Below are positions 1-7,415 of a DNA stretch of 25,720 bases, piece by piece. The position numbers were made by a program, and so were the translations under genes. Location of the stretch: the IMG/VR virus record IMGVR_UViG_3300048690_000214, positions 1 through 25,720 of that record. One strand, 5' to 3'. Positions within the stretch are counted from its first letter, which is position 1. Every line of letters starts with the position of its first letter. The notes below the pieces were generated by a model that was not told the DNA's origin, made no database searches, and worked only from the letters and a program-made list of their open reading frames with translations. The DNA is from a virus (taxonomy: Duplodnaviria > Caudoviricetes).

Positions 1-335
1 TGGAACAACAGAAGCACAGCGAATCCGACGAACGCACAGGCATGATTGAAGAATACTTGGACATGCTTCTTCCCGAGGCTTGGGACAAGATGGATTTGGC
101 AGAGCGCCGCACATTCTTGAATGACCCCTTGAGTGCGAAAGGCACCGTGCAGCGCAAGCACGTGTGCATAGCTGAAATATGGTGCGAGTGCCTTTTGAAA
201 GACAAGACAGAAATTTCTAGGTATAAGACACGGGACATAAACGACATACTGCGCGCACTCCCGGGATGGGAGGCCAAGTCGTCTACCAAAAATTTCAAGA
301 TATACGGCACGCAGAAATACTATGAAAGAATCTGA
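1..335 (+). CDS. Virulence-associated protein E (VapE/VirE)-type phage primase-helicase, C-terminal fragment (5' truncated by the window)
   Basis: The frame is open from the window edge (EQQKHSESDERTGMIEEYL...). LPxxW..DLxERRxFL and VCIAEIWCECL match the C-terminus of VapE-family phage proteins. It sits directly upstream of VRR-NUC and SNF2 genes, the usual order. Confidence 0.8.
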   Translation, partial: EQQKHSESDERTGMIEEYLDMLLPEAWDKMDLAERRTFLNDPLSAKGTVQRKHVCIAEIWCECLLKDKTEISRYKTRDINDILRALPGWEAKSSTKNFKIYGTQKYYERI

Positions 336-600
336 AAAAGCCATAGAACGCGCCTTAGCGGCCGCAGTGAAAGAGCGCTTAGGTTTGTGCATCAAATTGA
401 CAAGCCCTCAATTCACAGGCCTCCCGGACAGGATATGCTTGATGCCCGGAGGGCGCGTAGTATTCTGCGAACTAAAGAGCAGCGGGCAGAAGCCTACGGC
501 GCGGCAGCTATTCGTACATGGGCAGCTTAGGCAGTTAGGCTTCAAAGTATTCGTAATTGATTCAAAAGAACAGATAAACAGCGCTATAGATGCTAAGTGA
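322..600 (+). CDS. VRR-NUC domain nuclease (PD-(D/E)xK)
   Basis: ESEKAIE...GLPDRICLMPGGRVVFCELKSSGQKPTARQ...LRQLGFKVFVIDS is the stand-alone phage VRR-NUC signature. Confidence 0.92.
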   Translation: MKESEKAIERALAAAVKERLGLCIKLTSPQFTGLPDRICLMPGGRVVFCELKSSGQKPTARQLFVHGQLRQLGFKVFVIDSKEQINSAIDAK

Positions 601-1978
601 AAAAAACCTGCACGCCTATCAAAAGACAAGCGTTGCGCACATAATCGAAAACCTCCAATGCGGGCTATTTTTAGATATGGGCCTTGGAAAGACTGTTTCG
701 AGCTTGACAGCTGTAAAAAAGCTTATCTTTGATTTAGACATATCTACGGCCCTTGTCATAGCGCCCAAGCGCGTAGCCGAAAAGGTGTGGACCGACGAAG
801 TGCACAAATGGAAGCACATTTCGGATTTGCGCGTGTCCGTCATAGCGGGCTCGGAAAAAGAGCGCATAGCTGCCCTTAAGAAAGATGCCGACGTATACAC
901 CATAAGCCGCGACAATATAGCTTGGCTGTGCATGTACTATGGCGGAAGCATGCTGCCATTCGATATGCTTATCATAGACGAACTTAGCTCGTTCAAAAGC
1001 GCGAAAAGCATACGTTTCAAAGCGCTCAAGAATGTTAGGAACAGTTTCAGCCGCATAGTGGGCCTCACGGGCACGCCTGCACCTAACGGCCTTATCGACC
1101 TGTGGAGCCAACTGTTTTTGCTTGACGGCGGCCAAAGGCTTGGGAAGCACATAACGAGCTACCGCGATTCGTACTTCAAGCCGGACAAGCGCAACGGCGC
1201 TACCATATTTTCATACAAGACGGCGCAGGACGGCGAAGAGCGCATATATGCCAAAATAAAGGATATTTGCCTATCTATGAAGACCGAAGACTATTTGAAT
1301 ATGCCCGAATTGATTACGCACAACGTTATGCTCGAGCTGCCTCCGAAAGCGCTCAAAGCATACATGGACTTCGAAAAAGAAGAGGTGCTTGAACTAGTCA
1401 AAGGCTTAGACGAAACGGAGACCATATCCGTAGCCAACGCAGCAGCCTTATCTATCAAGCTGCTGCAGTTCGCTAACGGCGCCATATACCGGGAAGACAA
1501 GACGCACGCACCAATGCACGATATAAAGCTAGATGCCTTAGAAGATATTGTAGAGGCAGCCAACGGCCGGCCGGTCCTTGTCGCATGGTCGTTCAGGCAC
1601 GATTTGATGCGCATAAAAGAGCGGCTTAAGGCTTATGACGTCCGAGAGCTCAAGACAAGCCAAGACATTGAAGATTGGAATGACGGCAAGATTGAGGTTA
1701 TGCTATTGCACCCCGCCTCAGGAGGGCACGGGCTGAACCTGCAGCGCGGCGGCAATACGTTAGTTTGGTTCGGCCATACTTGGAGCTTGGAGTTATACCA
1801 ACAGCTTAATAAGAGGCTTCACAGGCAGGGGCAGACTTCAGTCGTGAATATGTACAAGCTAATAACTGCCGGGACGATCGACGAAAGGGTCATTGCTGCC
1901 CAAGAGCAGAAAGCCGAAGGGCAGAATAGGCTAATGGATGCAGTTAAGGACCTTATCAAAAAATACCAAAAGCCATGA
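590..1978 (+). CDS. SNF2-family (SF2) DNA helicase
   Basis: Motifs LHAYQ, DMGLGKT (Walker A), IIDELS (Walker B), LTGTPAPNG, GGHGLNLQ and QLNKRLHRQGQ. Confidence 0.95.
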   Translation: MLSEKNLHAYQKTSVAHIIENLQCGLFLDMGLGKTVSSLTAVKKLIFDLDISTALVIAPKRVAEKVWTDEVHKWKHISDLRVSVIAGSEKERIAALKKDADVYTISRDNIAWLCMYYGGSMLPFDMLIIDELSSFKSAKSIRFKALKNVRNSFSRIVGLTGTPAPNGLIDLWSQLFLLDGGQRLGKHITSYRDSYFKPDKRNGATIFSYKTAQDGEERIYAKIKDICLSMKTEDYLNMPELITHNVMLELPPKALKAYMDFEKEEVLELVKGLDETETISVANAAALSIKLLQFANGAIYREDKTHAPMHDIKLDALEDIVEAANGRPVLVAWSFRHDLMRIKERLKAYDVRELKTSQDIEDWNDGKIEVMLLHPASGGHGLNLQRGGNTLVWFGHTWSLELYQQLNKRLHRQGQTSVVNMYKLITAGTIDERVIAAQEQKAEGQNRLMDAVKDLIKKYQKP

Positions 1979-2382
1979 AACAGGAAGAGCTAGACGAACG
2001 CTATATGCGCATGGCCGAGATATGGGCCGAAAATTCACGAGCTAAGAGGCTTAAGGTCGGGGCCTTGATTGTCAAAGATGGGTCAATCATATCCGACGGC
2101 TACAATGGCACTCCCGCGGGCTTCGACAACGAATGCGAAGACGCAGACGGAAACACTAAGCCAATAGTGCTTCATGCCGAAGCCAATGCAATTGCCAAAA
2201 TTGCCAAAAGCAGCAATAGCAGCTTGGATTCTACGATTTATGTATTATATTCGCCTTGCATAGAGTGCGCAAAGCTTATCATTCAAGCAGGCATTTCGCG
2301 CGTTGTATACAAGCACACATACAGGCTTTTAGATGGTTTAACCCTGCTGGCTCAAGCTGGTGTAAATTTGACTCAAATATGA
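1975..2382 (+). CDS. dCMP (deoxycytidylate) deaminase
   Basis: Zn-deaminase motifs HAEANAI and SPCIECAK, plus KVGALIVKD..IISDGYNGTPAG. ATGA overlap with the helicase gene. Confidence 0.95.
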   Translation: MKQEELDERYMRMAEIWAENSRAKRLKVGALIVKDGSIISDGYNGTPAGFDNECEDADGNTKPIVLHAEANAIAKIAKSSNSSLDSTIYVLYSPCIECAKLIIQAGISRVVYKHTYRLLDGLTLLAQAGVNLTQI

Positions 2383-2744
2383 ATATCCTAGAGAGGGCCG
2401 ACCAAATCGTCAACGGCCGCACAGAAGAGAAGGAGCGCCAATACGGCGACTTCCACACTACCATGAACAACATGCGCGACATATTCAATGCTATGACCGG
2501 GCACAAGCTCGAGACGCGCGATATGTACATGGCTATGGTCGCAATGAAGCTTGCACGGCAGAGGTTTGCGCATAAGGAAGATAACCTATTGGACCTAGTC
2601 GCCTACGTTGGCTCGCTGAACGACTTGGAAGAGCAGATCAGCGAATTCAAAGCAAGCAAAGAGGCTGAAGCACGGCAGCACGAACCTCAATCTATTGGCT
2701 GTTGCAGTTGTGGCTTTCCTGCCACTGTTGGATGCAACTGCTGA
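2379..2744 (+). CDS. DUF6378-like phage protein (121 aa)
   Basis: ATGA overlap at 2379. MNILERADQIVNG..ERQYGDF...MVAMKLAR....HKEDNLLDLVAY matches DUF6378 as I recall it. The ORF-track start at 2256 would overlap the deaminase by 127 nt. Confidence 0.75.
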   Translation: MNILERADQIVNGRTEEKERQYGDFHTTMNNMRDIFNAMTGHKLETRDMYMAMVAMKLARQRFAHKEDNLLDLVAYVGSLNDLEEQISEFKASKEAEARQHEPQSIGCCSCGFPATVGCNC

Positions 2745-2747
2745 CAA

Positions 2748-3143
2748 ATCCAAACAATGATTGTTTGGATGCAATCTATTGGCTATCAATCAGTTACAGA
2801 AAAGCGCCTAAACAATATAAACAATGATTGTTTAGGCGCAACTGTTTGATAATCAATGAGTTAAGTACCCATAAACAATATAAACAATAAAACAATAACA
2901 AAAACAAAGACCTCTGCATCCCTATATTATATGAATATCTATAATACCAATATTCATATATTCTATATTTATCCCTTCTTATTTATATAATATTATTGTT
3001 TATATTGTTTATATAGATATAAGATATTGATTTTCAATCAGTTACACATAAACAATGAGATTTTTATTGTTTATGGGACTTTTCGTAAGTGATTGAAAAC
3101 CAATGGCTTACGCATAAACAATGAATTGAATACATTGTTTATG
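2748..3143. other. Candidate replication origin: symmetric array of TAAACAAT repeats and IHF-like dyads around an AT-rich core
   Basis: Non-coding, with about 14 (T)AAACAAT/ATTGTTT(A) units. A perfect 20-bp inverted repeat (2871-2890/2993-3012) flanks the AT-rich core. Four 25-bp dyads lie at 2772-2796, 2839-2863, 3020-3044 and 3086-3110. The structure is seen directly; the function is inferred. Confidence 0.65.
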
Positions 3144-3157
3144 GCTAAAATAATTTG

Positions 3158-3259
3158 AAAATAATTGGTCAAAAACTTTCAAGTGTCAATACTAGTGCCT
3201 ACTTTAGCAACATAATCAAACACTCAAACACTCAAACACTCTAACACACCAACACCATG
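3158..3259 (+). promoter_or_regulatory. Repeated promoter/leader element, copy 1
   Basis: AAAATAATTGGTCAAAAACTTTCAAGTGTCAATACTAGTGCCTACTTTAGCAACATAA(TCAAACAC)3TCTAACACACCAACACC-ATG. TTTC-19 nt-TACTTTAG resembles the Bacteroidota -33/-7 promoter (TTTG...TAnnTTTG). Confidence 0.85.
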
Positions 3260-3598
3260 GCTACTTTAGAAAACATCAACGCCGCAATGCAACTTCTGCC
3301 CGCAAGTTTCTATCTTGGAAAGCGTAGCAGCTTAGAAGCTTTAACAAACAATAAAGATGGGTATATGTTTAAGGTTTCCGGCGTCGTTATTTTGAACGGC
3401 ACAGAACTTAGCTTAGAAAACTACTACGTAAGCGTAGATGGTATTGTTAGGGCCTTAGTAAGGCATGCAAGTGTTATGCAAGACACTAACATTGAAGAGT
3501 TGGTGCAAGTTGGCACTCAAGTTCTTGATTTGCTTAATGTTGAAACAGTTATGTATTGCTTAGAAAAAGGTTTGGTTTTTACAACCAAAAATAATTAG
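3257..3598 (+). CDS. Hypothetical protein (cassette 1, 113 aa)
   Basis: The ATG immediately follows repeat copy 1 and the stop lies inside the 5' end of copy 2. No recognisable motif. Confidence 0.8.
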   Translation: MATLENINAAMQLLPASFYLGKRSSLEALTNNKDGYMFKVSGVVILNGTELSLENYYVSVDGIVRALVRHASVMQDTNIEELVQVGTQVLDLLNVETVMYCLEKGLVFTTKNN

Positions 3599-3681
3599 TC
3601 AAAAACTTTCAAGTGTCAATACTAGTGCCTACTTTAGCAACATAATCAAACACTCAAACACTCTAACACACCAACACCATG
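3588..3681 (+). promoter_or_regulatory. Repeated promoter/leader element, copy 2
   Basis: Identical to copy 1 except for one substitution (TTAGTC vs TTGGTC) and two rather than three TCAAACAC units. Confidence 0.85.
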
Positions 3682-3975
3682 GCAAAATTAACAACCAAAA
3701 CTACAAAGCCTAGTGGCCGATTTGGTTACATGTACGTAATTACTGAAATAAAGCTGAACGGTGTGCGTTGCGGAAGCATAAGCCAAAGCTCGCCACACCA
3801 AATAACGCTGTCTGTCTTCAAAGAAGATTTGGACGAAGATAAAAACCCAAACTGTCCATTCAAAAACATTCACCTTGCGGCAAAGTTTGAATCAGTAGCC
3901 CAAGCAAAAGCATGGCTTAGCGAAAAGTCTGAGATTTTGCAAGCTAAATACAATATTTACGCACTTAAAGACTAA
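3679..3975 (+). CDS. Hypothetical protein (cassette 2, first gene, 98 aa)
   Basis: The ATG immediately follows repeat copy 2. Basic protein with no recognisable motif. Confidence 0.8.
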   Translation: MAKLTTKTTKPSGRFGYMYVITEIKLNGVRCGSISQSSPHQITLSVFKEDLDEDKNPNCPFKNIHLAAKFESVAQAKAWLSEKSEILQAKYNIYALKD

Positions 3976-3979
3976 AGCT

Positions 3980-4522
3980 ATGTACGAAGGAAAAGAAATA
4001 TGCCAAGGCTGCCAAAAGCCGGGCACCGAGAAGCCAAGGCAGCACAGGCATGGATTGTGCAGCGGATGCAACAAAACACTTAGGGCTGGCGCTGAAGTGC
4101 TTGCCATAGAAAAGTCAGATAAGGCGCCACGCATTATGGTGCGTCAGCACTTCCATGCTTTTAAGTCTAAAAGCGCAAACGATGTTGCTTTTGCCTTATT
4201 GTCAGCACTTAATGAGCCAAATGCGCCGTATATGCGAGCAGATACGCTTAAATACACCTTTGGCACAAATCAGTTCTATATAGTGCGCGAAGACGTGTTT
4301 GAAGCGCTCAAGCCTGTGATGCTGAAAATAGACGAAGAGCTGTATAAGCATGAAATGGAGATGTGCAATATGTCTTACACTGTGCGCGACGCCGTGGCAG
4401 CCGAAAAAGAGCGCATCTATAACGAAGGTGTGCAGCATGGGCGGAACCTGCTTATGCAACTGAACAGCGGAACCTTGACACTCTCGGACCTCGATAAAAA
4501 TGTTGCCTACACTGAAAAATAA
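3980..4522 (+). CDS. Hypothetical protein with N-terminal CxxC...CxxC zinc finger (cassette 2, second gene, 180 aa)
   Basis: CQGC...CSGC near the N-terminus and a helical C-terminus. Starts 4 nt after the previous stop; its own stop lies inside repeat copy 3. Confidence 0.8.
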   Translation: MYEGKEICQGCQKPGTEKPRQHRHGLCSGCNKTLRAGAEVLAIEKSDKAPRIMVRQHFHAFKSKSANDVAFALLSALNEPNAPYMRADTLKYTFGTNQFYIVREDVFEALKPVMLKIDEELYKHEMEMCNMSYTVRDAVAAEKERIYNEGVQHGRNLLMQLNSGTLTLSDLDKNVAYTEK

Positions 4523-4608
4523 TTGGCCAAAAACTTTCAAGTGTCGATACTAGCACCTATATTAGCACTATCAAATTATCATTCACTCTCAAACACACCA
4601 ACACCATG
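4516..4608 (+). promoter_or_regulatory. Repeated promoter/leader element, copy 3 (diverged)
   Basis: AAAATAATTGGCCAAAAACTTTCAAGTGTCGATACTAGCACCTATATTAGCA...CAAACACACCAACACC-ATG. The TTTC-19 nt-TAnnTTAG spacing is preserved. Confidence 0.8.
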
Positions 4609-4902
4609 ACAAAGAATGAAAAACTAGTTTCAGTAGCCGTAAAAAAACAAGCTGGTGTTTTTACACATGTCGCAAAGTTCAACAACACCAATAACGCTAG
4701 CAAAAGGACTGCTACGCAAGTTAAAGCCATTTTGACGTCTGCAGGCTTTGATAAGGCAATAACTGTAGAAAATACAGGCAATGGCCGCAACTTTTGTGTT
4801 GGTGTAGCAGATACAATCAACATGCGCATGCGCTTGAAAAGCCTTGGCTTTATTCTTGAGCGCAGCAACGGCGGCCCTGTTACTTATATTTCATGTTTCT
4901 AA
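4606..4902 (+). CDS. Hypothetical basic protein (cassette 3, first gene, 98 aa)
   Basis: The ATG immediately follows repeat copy 3. Confidence 0.78.
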   Translation: MTKNEKLVSVAVKKQAGVFTHVAKFNNTNNASKRTATQVKAILTSAGFDKAITVENTGNGRNFCVGVADTINMRMRLKSLGFILERSNGGPVTYISCF

Positions 4903-4914
4903 CACACCACCACT

Positions 4915-5271
4915 ATGCTACTAGGATTAAGATATGCAGAGCAGCTTCAGACTGCGCAAGCCGAATTGCTTGACTTCTGCAAAAGCGAAAATGTGCGCAT
5001 AAGCCGCGTGCTAGCTATGGACTACTACTATAAGCAGGGCGTTGAAGTGATAAACGTGTGGACGCTATCAAGCAAAGGCCAAATAAGCCAGCATAGGCGC
5101 AAAATAGACTACAACAGCGATGATAGTTCTATGACCCAATATTGGTTCGACGTAGATGCGTCTAGCATGGAAGATATTGAATGGATATATAGCAATACGC
5201 TTGGCAAAGTGGTTATGGTTCTGCTGCATTTAGGCAAGTCAGTTTTTTGGGCAAAACAGATACAATTTTAA
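4915..5271 (+). CDS. Hypothetical protein (cassette 3, second gene, 118 aa)
   Basis: Preceded by TCTAACACACCACCACT-ATG (4898-4917), a copy of only the 3' translation-initiation end of the repeat. Confidence 0.72.
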   Translation: MLLGLRYAEQLQTAQAELLDFCKSENVRISRVLAMDYYYKQGVEVINVWTLSSKGQISQHRRKIDYNSDDSSMTQYWFDVDASSMEDIEWIYSNTLGKVVMVLLHLGKSVFWAKQIQF

Positions 5272-5283
5272 CTGTAAAAATAA

Positions 5284-5330
5284 ATATGGAACTTTGTTTT
5301 TGTTTTAAGACAAAGTTCCATATATTTGCA
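5284..5330 (+). promoter_or_regulatory. Bacteroidota-type promoter overlapped by a 14-bp inverted repeat, upstream of terS
   Basis: -7 box TATATTTG at 5321-5328 and TTTG at 5299-5302. Arms ATATGGAACTTTGT (5284-5297) and ACAAAGTTCCATAT (5310-5323) with a 12-nt loop. Confidence 0.7.
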
Positions 5331-5355
5331 AAAGCACCAAAAGCACCAAAAGCAC
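5329..5355 (+). repeat. Tandem repeat (CAAAAGCAC)x3 in the terS leader
   Basis: Three exact 9-mers at 5329, 5338 and 5347, ending 6 nt before ATG 5362. Confidence 0.9.
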
Positions 5356-5361
5356 ACAAAG

Positions 5362-5919
5362 ATGGCAAAGGAAATACACAAAAAAACGGGCGAAGAATTC
5401 GACAGCCCTTGGAGGCGCAAGTCTTTGCGCAGCGATATGTTCAAAAAGAACGGCAAGCGCAAAAGCATAGAAGATGCGCCGAAGTTTTGGGCCCTCGCCT
5501 GCGAGTACTTCGCGGAAGTGGACGAAAACCCGATATACAGGAATGAGCTGCTTAAAAGTGGAGACCTTGCAGGCACGCAGGCTCAAGTGACTTTAGCCCG
5601 CCCGTATTCATGGCGCGGATTCGAAGCTTTTCTAGTACTGCGTGGCATAGTAAGCAAGCTAGATGACTATCGCTATAACACGCTTGGCAGGTATGACGAC
5701 TATATAGAAGTAGTGCAGGCAGTCGGCAGCGTGATGCACGCCCAAAAATTCGAAGGCGCTTCTGTTGGGCTATTCAATGCGAACATAATCATGTCGGATT
5801 TGAAGATGGCAGAGATTGTGCACACGCACTTGAGCGGCAACGTGTCCAACGAGCCTGAATACGACAAGCTAAGCGATGAGACGCTTGAAGACATTGCAAG
5901 AAACACACCAAAGCAATAA
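5362..5919 (+). CDS. terS: Terminase small subunit (P22 gp3-like DNA packaging protein)
   Basis: FWALACEYF..VDENP...RPYSWRGFEAFL...QKFEGASVGLFNANII resembles the gp3-package family, and the gene is directly upstream of TerL. ATG 5362 is preferred because the TTG at 5326 lies inside the promoter box. Confidence 0.85.
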   Translation: MAKEIHKKTGEEFDSPWRRKSLRSDMFKKNGKRKSIEDAPKFWALACEYFAEVDENPIYRNELLKSGDLAGTQAQVTLARPYSWRGFEAFLVLRGIVSKLDDYRYNTLGRYDDYIEVVQAVGSVMHAQKFEGASVGLFNANIIMSDLKMAEIVHTHLSGNVSNEPEYDKLSDETLEDIARNTPKQ

Positions 5920-5924
5920 CAGAT

Positions 5925-7352
5925 ATGCAAGGCCTAAAAGTGTCAGCAGATAAGGCTTTGGCCGAACTATGCAGGCGCAGCTTCTATAGGTTCCTGCAAG
6001 AATTTTGGAGTGTCTTGATTCCTGAAGTGCCCGTGTGGAATTGGCATATAAAGTACCTATGTGACGAATTGCAGTACCTCAATGCGTTCGTTGTGGCCCG
6101 TAAGCCTAAGCCATACGATTTAGTGATAAACGTGCCGCCGGGTTCTACTAAGTCAACTATAGCCTCGCAGGCGTATAACGCTTGGATTTGGACTGTTGAC
6201 CCGACACAAAGGATAATAGGTGCAAGCTATGCAAATGCCCTATCCTTATCGCATGCCATTAAGACGCGCGATATTGTACAGTCAGACAAGTATAGGCGCC
6301 TATTTCCCGAGGTCGAATTGAAGTCAGACCAAACAGGCAAATCCGACTTTAGGAATACGCATGGCGGGCAGCGCTTCACCACATCGACAGGCGGCTCTAT
6401 AACAGGCATGCACGCGCATCAGATAATCATCGATGACCCTATAAACCCGCTGCAAGCAGCTTCGGACACAGAGAGGCAGTCGGCAAATGACTTCGTAACG
6501 AAAACGCTATCGACTAGGAAAATAGACAAGGCTGTTACGCCTACCATATTGATTATGCAGCGCCTGCACGAGCAGGACCCCACGGGCGTAATGCTTAGCA
6601 AAAAAGCGAACAAGATTAAGCATATATGCCTGCCTGCAGAAGACGAAGGCAACGTGCTTCCGAGAGAGATAGCGGCAAACTACGTAGATGGGCTTTTGGA
6701 CCCCGTGCGCCTTAGCTTAGAAATATTGGAAGAATCGAAGACAGACTTAGGGGGCTACGGCTATGCTGGGCAATTCAAGCAGAAGCCGGCGCCAGACGAA
6801 GGCGGCATTCTTAAAAAAGCGTGGTTCGATGTTGTGGATTGGCAGCCGGGCTTTGAAGCACTATGTTGGAACGTGGCAGCAGATACTGCATACACAGCAA
6901 GCGATAAGAATGACCCTAGCGGCTTCATTGCCTATGCGGAATACCAAAACACGTTCTATATACGAAGCATCGCCGTAGAGCATCTAGAATTCCCCGAGCT
7001 TTGCCGAAGCATAGCTTCTTTCGCAAATATGAACGGCTATACGAGGCGCAGCATGATTTATGTAGAGCCGAAAGCCTCGGGCAAATCATTGGTGCAGACG
7101 ATAAGGCGCGAGACGTCTTTGAACATCACGGAGGGAGCGAACCCAACGACAGACAAGATAGCGCGAGTCAAAGGCATAAGCCCTATGTGCGAAGCTAAAA
7201 GGGTTAAACTTATTCGCGGTGTGTGGAATGAACAATTCTTAGACGAAGTCTGCACGTTCCCTAATGCTGCGCATGATGAACTAGTCGACTGCCTTACAAT
7301 GATGTTGGATGGGCAGCGGAAAAAAAATATTGGCATTCGTAGAACTAATTGA
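5925..7352 (+). CDS. terL: Terminase large subunit
   Basis: INVPPGSTKST (Walker A), IIIDDP (Walker B), IMQRLHEQD, GQFKQKP and C-terminal nuclease motifs ADTA, VEPKASG, FPNAAHDELVD. Confidence 0.96.
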   Translation: MQGLKVSADKALAELCRRSFYRFLQEFWSVLIPEVPVWNWHIKYLCDELQYLNAFVVARKPKPYDLVINVPPGSTKSTIASQAYNAWIWTVDPTQRIIGASYANALSLSHAIKTRDIVQSDKYRRLFPEVELKSDQTGKSDFRNTHGGQRFTTSTGGSITGMHAHQIIIDDPINPLQAASDTERQSANDFVTKTLSTRKIDKAVTPTILIMQRLHEQDPTGVMLSKKANKIKHICLPAEDEGNVLPREIAANYVDGLLDPVRLSLEILEESKTDLGGYGYAGQFKQKPAPDEGGILKKAWFDVVDWQPGFEALCWNVAADTAYTASDKNDPSGFIAYAEYQNTFYIRSIAVEHLEFPELCRSIASFANMNGYTRRSMIYVEPKASGKSLVQTIRRETSLNITEGANPTTDKIARVKGISPMCEAKRVKLIRGVWNEQFLDEVCTFPNAAHDELVDCLTMMLDGQRKKNIGIRRTN

Positions 7353-7356
7353 TATT

Positions 7357-7373
7357 TATTTCATATATTTGTG
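7357..7373 (+). promoter_or_regulatory. Bacteroidota -7 promoter box
   Basis: TATATTTG at 7364-7371 in the 63-bp gap after terL. No well-spaced -33 box is seen. Confidence 0.55.
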
Positions 7374-7415
7374 TTTTCTATGCAACGCGCATTTGTTCAA
7401 TAAAAATAACAAACC

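Noticed and set aside
2256-2378. N-terminal extension of the DUF6378-like ORF
   Set aside because: It overlaps the catalytic region of the deaminase. The domain starts at ATG 2379.
2748-3143. Structured ncRNA, MITE or tRNA in the long intergenic region
   Set aside because: There is no cloverleaf, no target-site duplication and no clear promoter/terminator pair. The symmetry is made of short AT-rich motifs that fit DNA-binding sites better. A transcript cannot be excluded without RNA data.
3161-3189. Minus-strand sigma70-like promoter TTGACA-17 nt-AATTAT inside the repeat
   Set aside because: The -10 box matches only 4/6, the -35 box is mutated in copy 3 (TCGACA), no credible minus-strand gene follows, and the inferred host uses -33/-7 promoters.
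3158-4608. Repeats interpreted as a CRISPR array or integron attC sites
   Set aside because: The units are ~100 bp and not strongly palindromic, and the spacers are whole genes of 330-840 bp. No cas or integrase gene and no attC R-box structure is visible.
5326-5361. N-terminal QKHQKHQKH extension of TerS
   Set aside because: The TTG start lies inside the -7 box, and the peptide is just the translated 9-bp leader repeat. ATG 5362 is more plausible.
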